IMG/VR virus record: IMGVR_UViG_3300032053_000002
Span: 124,001 to 188,000 of that record
Strand: one strand, 5' to 3'
DNA length: 64,000 nt
In this document: in pieces, positions 62,815-64,000 of the stretch
Numbering within the stretch: position 1 is the stretch's first letter
Layout: each line of letters begins with the position of its first letter
The notes under the pieces: generated by a model
Told to the model about the DNA's origin: nothing
Seen by the model: the letters and a program-made list of their open reading frames with translations, nothing else
Database searches by the model: none
Program-made: the position numbers and the translations under genes

Positions 62815-64000
62815 TTAGTCGCGAATTCTTTTTGAAAATCCGATATTCCGAAAGATTCGGCGACAAATTTTATTTTATCATCCACTGGTTTTATTTCAAA
62901 AATATCAAATCTTTTTCTCGATTTAAAATTTTCAAAAGTGATGTCTATAAAATCCATAAAATTCTTACCCATCATTTCAGACGTCATTCCACATTTAATT
63001 AAATATTCTCGCCCTTCCAATCCACGCTTATCTCTTTCCTCTTTGGGCACGTCATACCAGTATTTTATCGCAACCGCCGCATCGTACCAGTCGCATCTAT
63101 CGTCAAAAATGTATGGCGTTGGAGGCGACCCAACTAGTGCACGATTAGTCGGGAACAGTGGTCTTACCCAACTACCGTGTTTTTTATATTTTCCATCGTG
63201 ATTTGAACCCCATTCCGAATTGAAGTGCTTATCGGGATCGATGTATTCTCCGTTCTCATCGACAAATCCCATTTGATCCTGTAATCCTCCAGTAACCGTT
63301 GCTATAATAGGTTTCCCGACCATAAGAGATTCGCAAGTAGATAACCCGAAACCCTCGTTTGACGCCATGTTGATTGTCACATCGCAAACATTGTATAAAT
63401 AATTTAAGTATTTTGGCTCTAGCCTATCATTAGAAAAGATTAGATTTATATCAGGTGCAACTGCACGTTTAACCGCAATCAAATCCGTTCCATTTTCGTC
63501 TATTGGTTGAGTATGCATGACCAACGCAACTTTTTTTCGTTGTTCTTCGGTTAGCATATCAGTGAAGCATTTAAATGCTAAAATCACATCACCCGGCATT
63601 TTTCTGCGAATATTTCTATTATTGTAAAATACAATGAAATCAAAATCTCTTTCCTTAAAAATCTTTTTTCTGAAATCTCGTAATTCTTCGTATTCATTAG
63701 TGATTTTAACGGTTTCGGTTTTTTTATCTTTTATTTCGAAACTTTCTTCGGGAGATGATAAGCCGAGAGGTTTAAAGTTTATATGATCTACTCCGTGTGG
63801 TAAGTATCTTAGCGCCCAAGATTCAAGAGGCAATCTTTTTCTTGATTGTTTGACTATGTTGTATGTCTGTTTGCTAATACACCCAACACTGTCACATGAT
63901 TCATAATAATCCTGATTATACATTGGAATCGGAACATCGTCCCATATCGCGTAAAATGACAATGGTATGTATTGCCGTATTTCGTGTTCCATCTGATATA
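62796..64000 (-). CDS. GT4-like (GT-B) glycosyltransferase, 5' end beyond the window
   Basis: NRNIRRK, SNEGFGLS..ESL..GKPIIA; frame is open to the window edge (TAT CAG ATG). Confidence 0.85.
   Translation of the reverse strand, partial: YQMEHEIRQYIPLSFYAIWDDVPIPMYNQDYYESCDSVGCISKQTYNIVKQSRKRLPLESWALRYLPHGVDHINFKPLGLSSPEESFEIKDKKTETVKITNEYEELRDFRKKIFKERDFDFIVFYNNRNIRRKMPGDVILAFKCFTDMLTEEQRKKVALVMHTQPIDENGTDLIAVKRAVAPDINLIFSNDRLEPKYLNYLYNVCDVTINMASNEGFGLSTCESLMVGKPIIATVTGGLQDQMGFVDENGEYIDPDKHFNSEWGSNHDGKYKKHGSWVRPLFPTNRALVGSPPTPYIFDDRCDWYDAAVAIKYWYDVPKEERDKRGLEGREYLIKCGMTSEMMGKNFMDFIDITFENFKSRKRFDIFEIKPVDDKIKFVAESFGISDFQKEFATKWEETK

Noticed and set aside
1230-63201. All plus-strand ORFs in the track (e.g. 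1230-1655, 2182-2757, 33560-34228, 60705-60989)
   Set aside because: They are antisense shadows of well-supported minus-strand genes, with S/F/I-rich composition and no motifs
1-64000. Stop-codon reassignment (alternative genetic code)
   Set aside because: Known enzymes are full length in code 11 and genes tile densely; TAA, TGA and TAG all occur as terminators

Overview
This window looks like a 64-kb piece of a large (jumbo or 'huge') tailed-phage genome. It is AT-rich, reads in standard code 11, and essentially all real genes tile the minus strand with short overlaps. There are no host housekeeping genes. Three blocks are visible. (1) About 1-10.3 kb is an early-type region: a MoxR-type AAA+ ATPase, a vWA/HExxH partner, many small hypothetical genes, tRNA-His and a promoter-to-terminator structured RNA. 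It is driven by seven near-identical sigma70-type promoters (TTGACT-N17-TATATT, or TAATAT in one, with an A-tract UP element). Seven TGTGAA-N4-TTCACA palindromes (Rex/CRP-like) lie with these promoters, four of them centred at about -70. (2) About 10.3-10.9 kb is a GC-rich non-coding block with three tandem-repeat families (candidate origin or genome end). It is followed by about 10 kb of hypothetical genes (many sharing one helical module), an SPFH protein, an atypical tRNA-Leu(UAA), a 141-nt tRNA-shaped ncRNA with its own promoter, and a degenerate HNH. (3) From about 20.9 kb to the right edge is a glycan-biosynthesis island of more than 40 kb. It holds about 10 NDP-sugar dehydratases/epimerases/reductases, ColD- and RfbH-type 3-dehydratases, a miniature TPP-dependent E1 alpha/beta pair, two B12-radical SAM enzymes, four SAM methyltransferase domains, a carbamoyltransferase, a deacetylase and up to about 15 glycosyltransferase-like genes. 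It contains no flippase, polymerase, ABC exporter or lipid-carrier initiating transferase. All family assignments are by-eye motif recognition from the translations, not database results.
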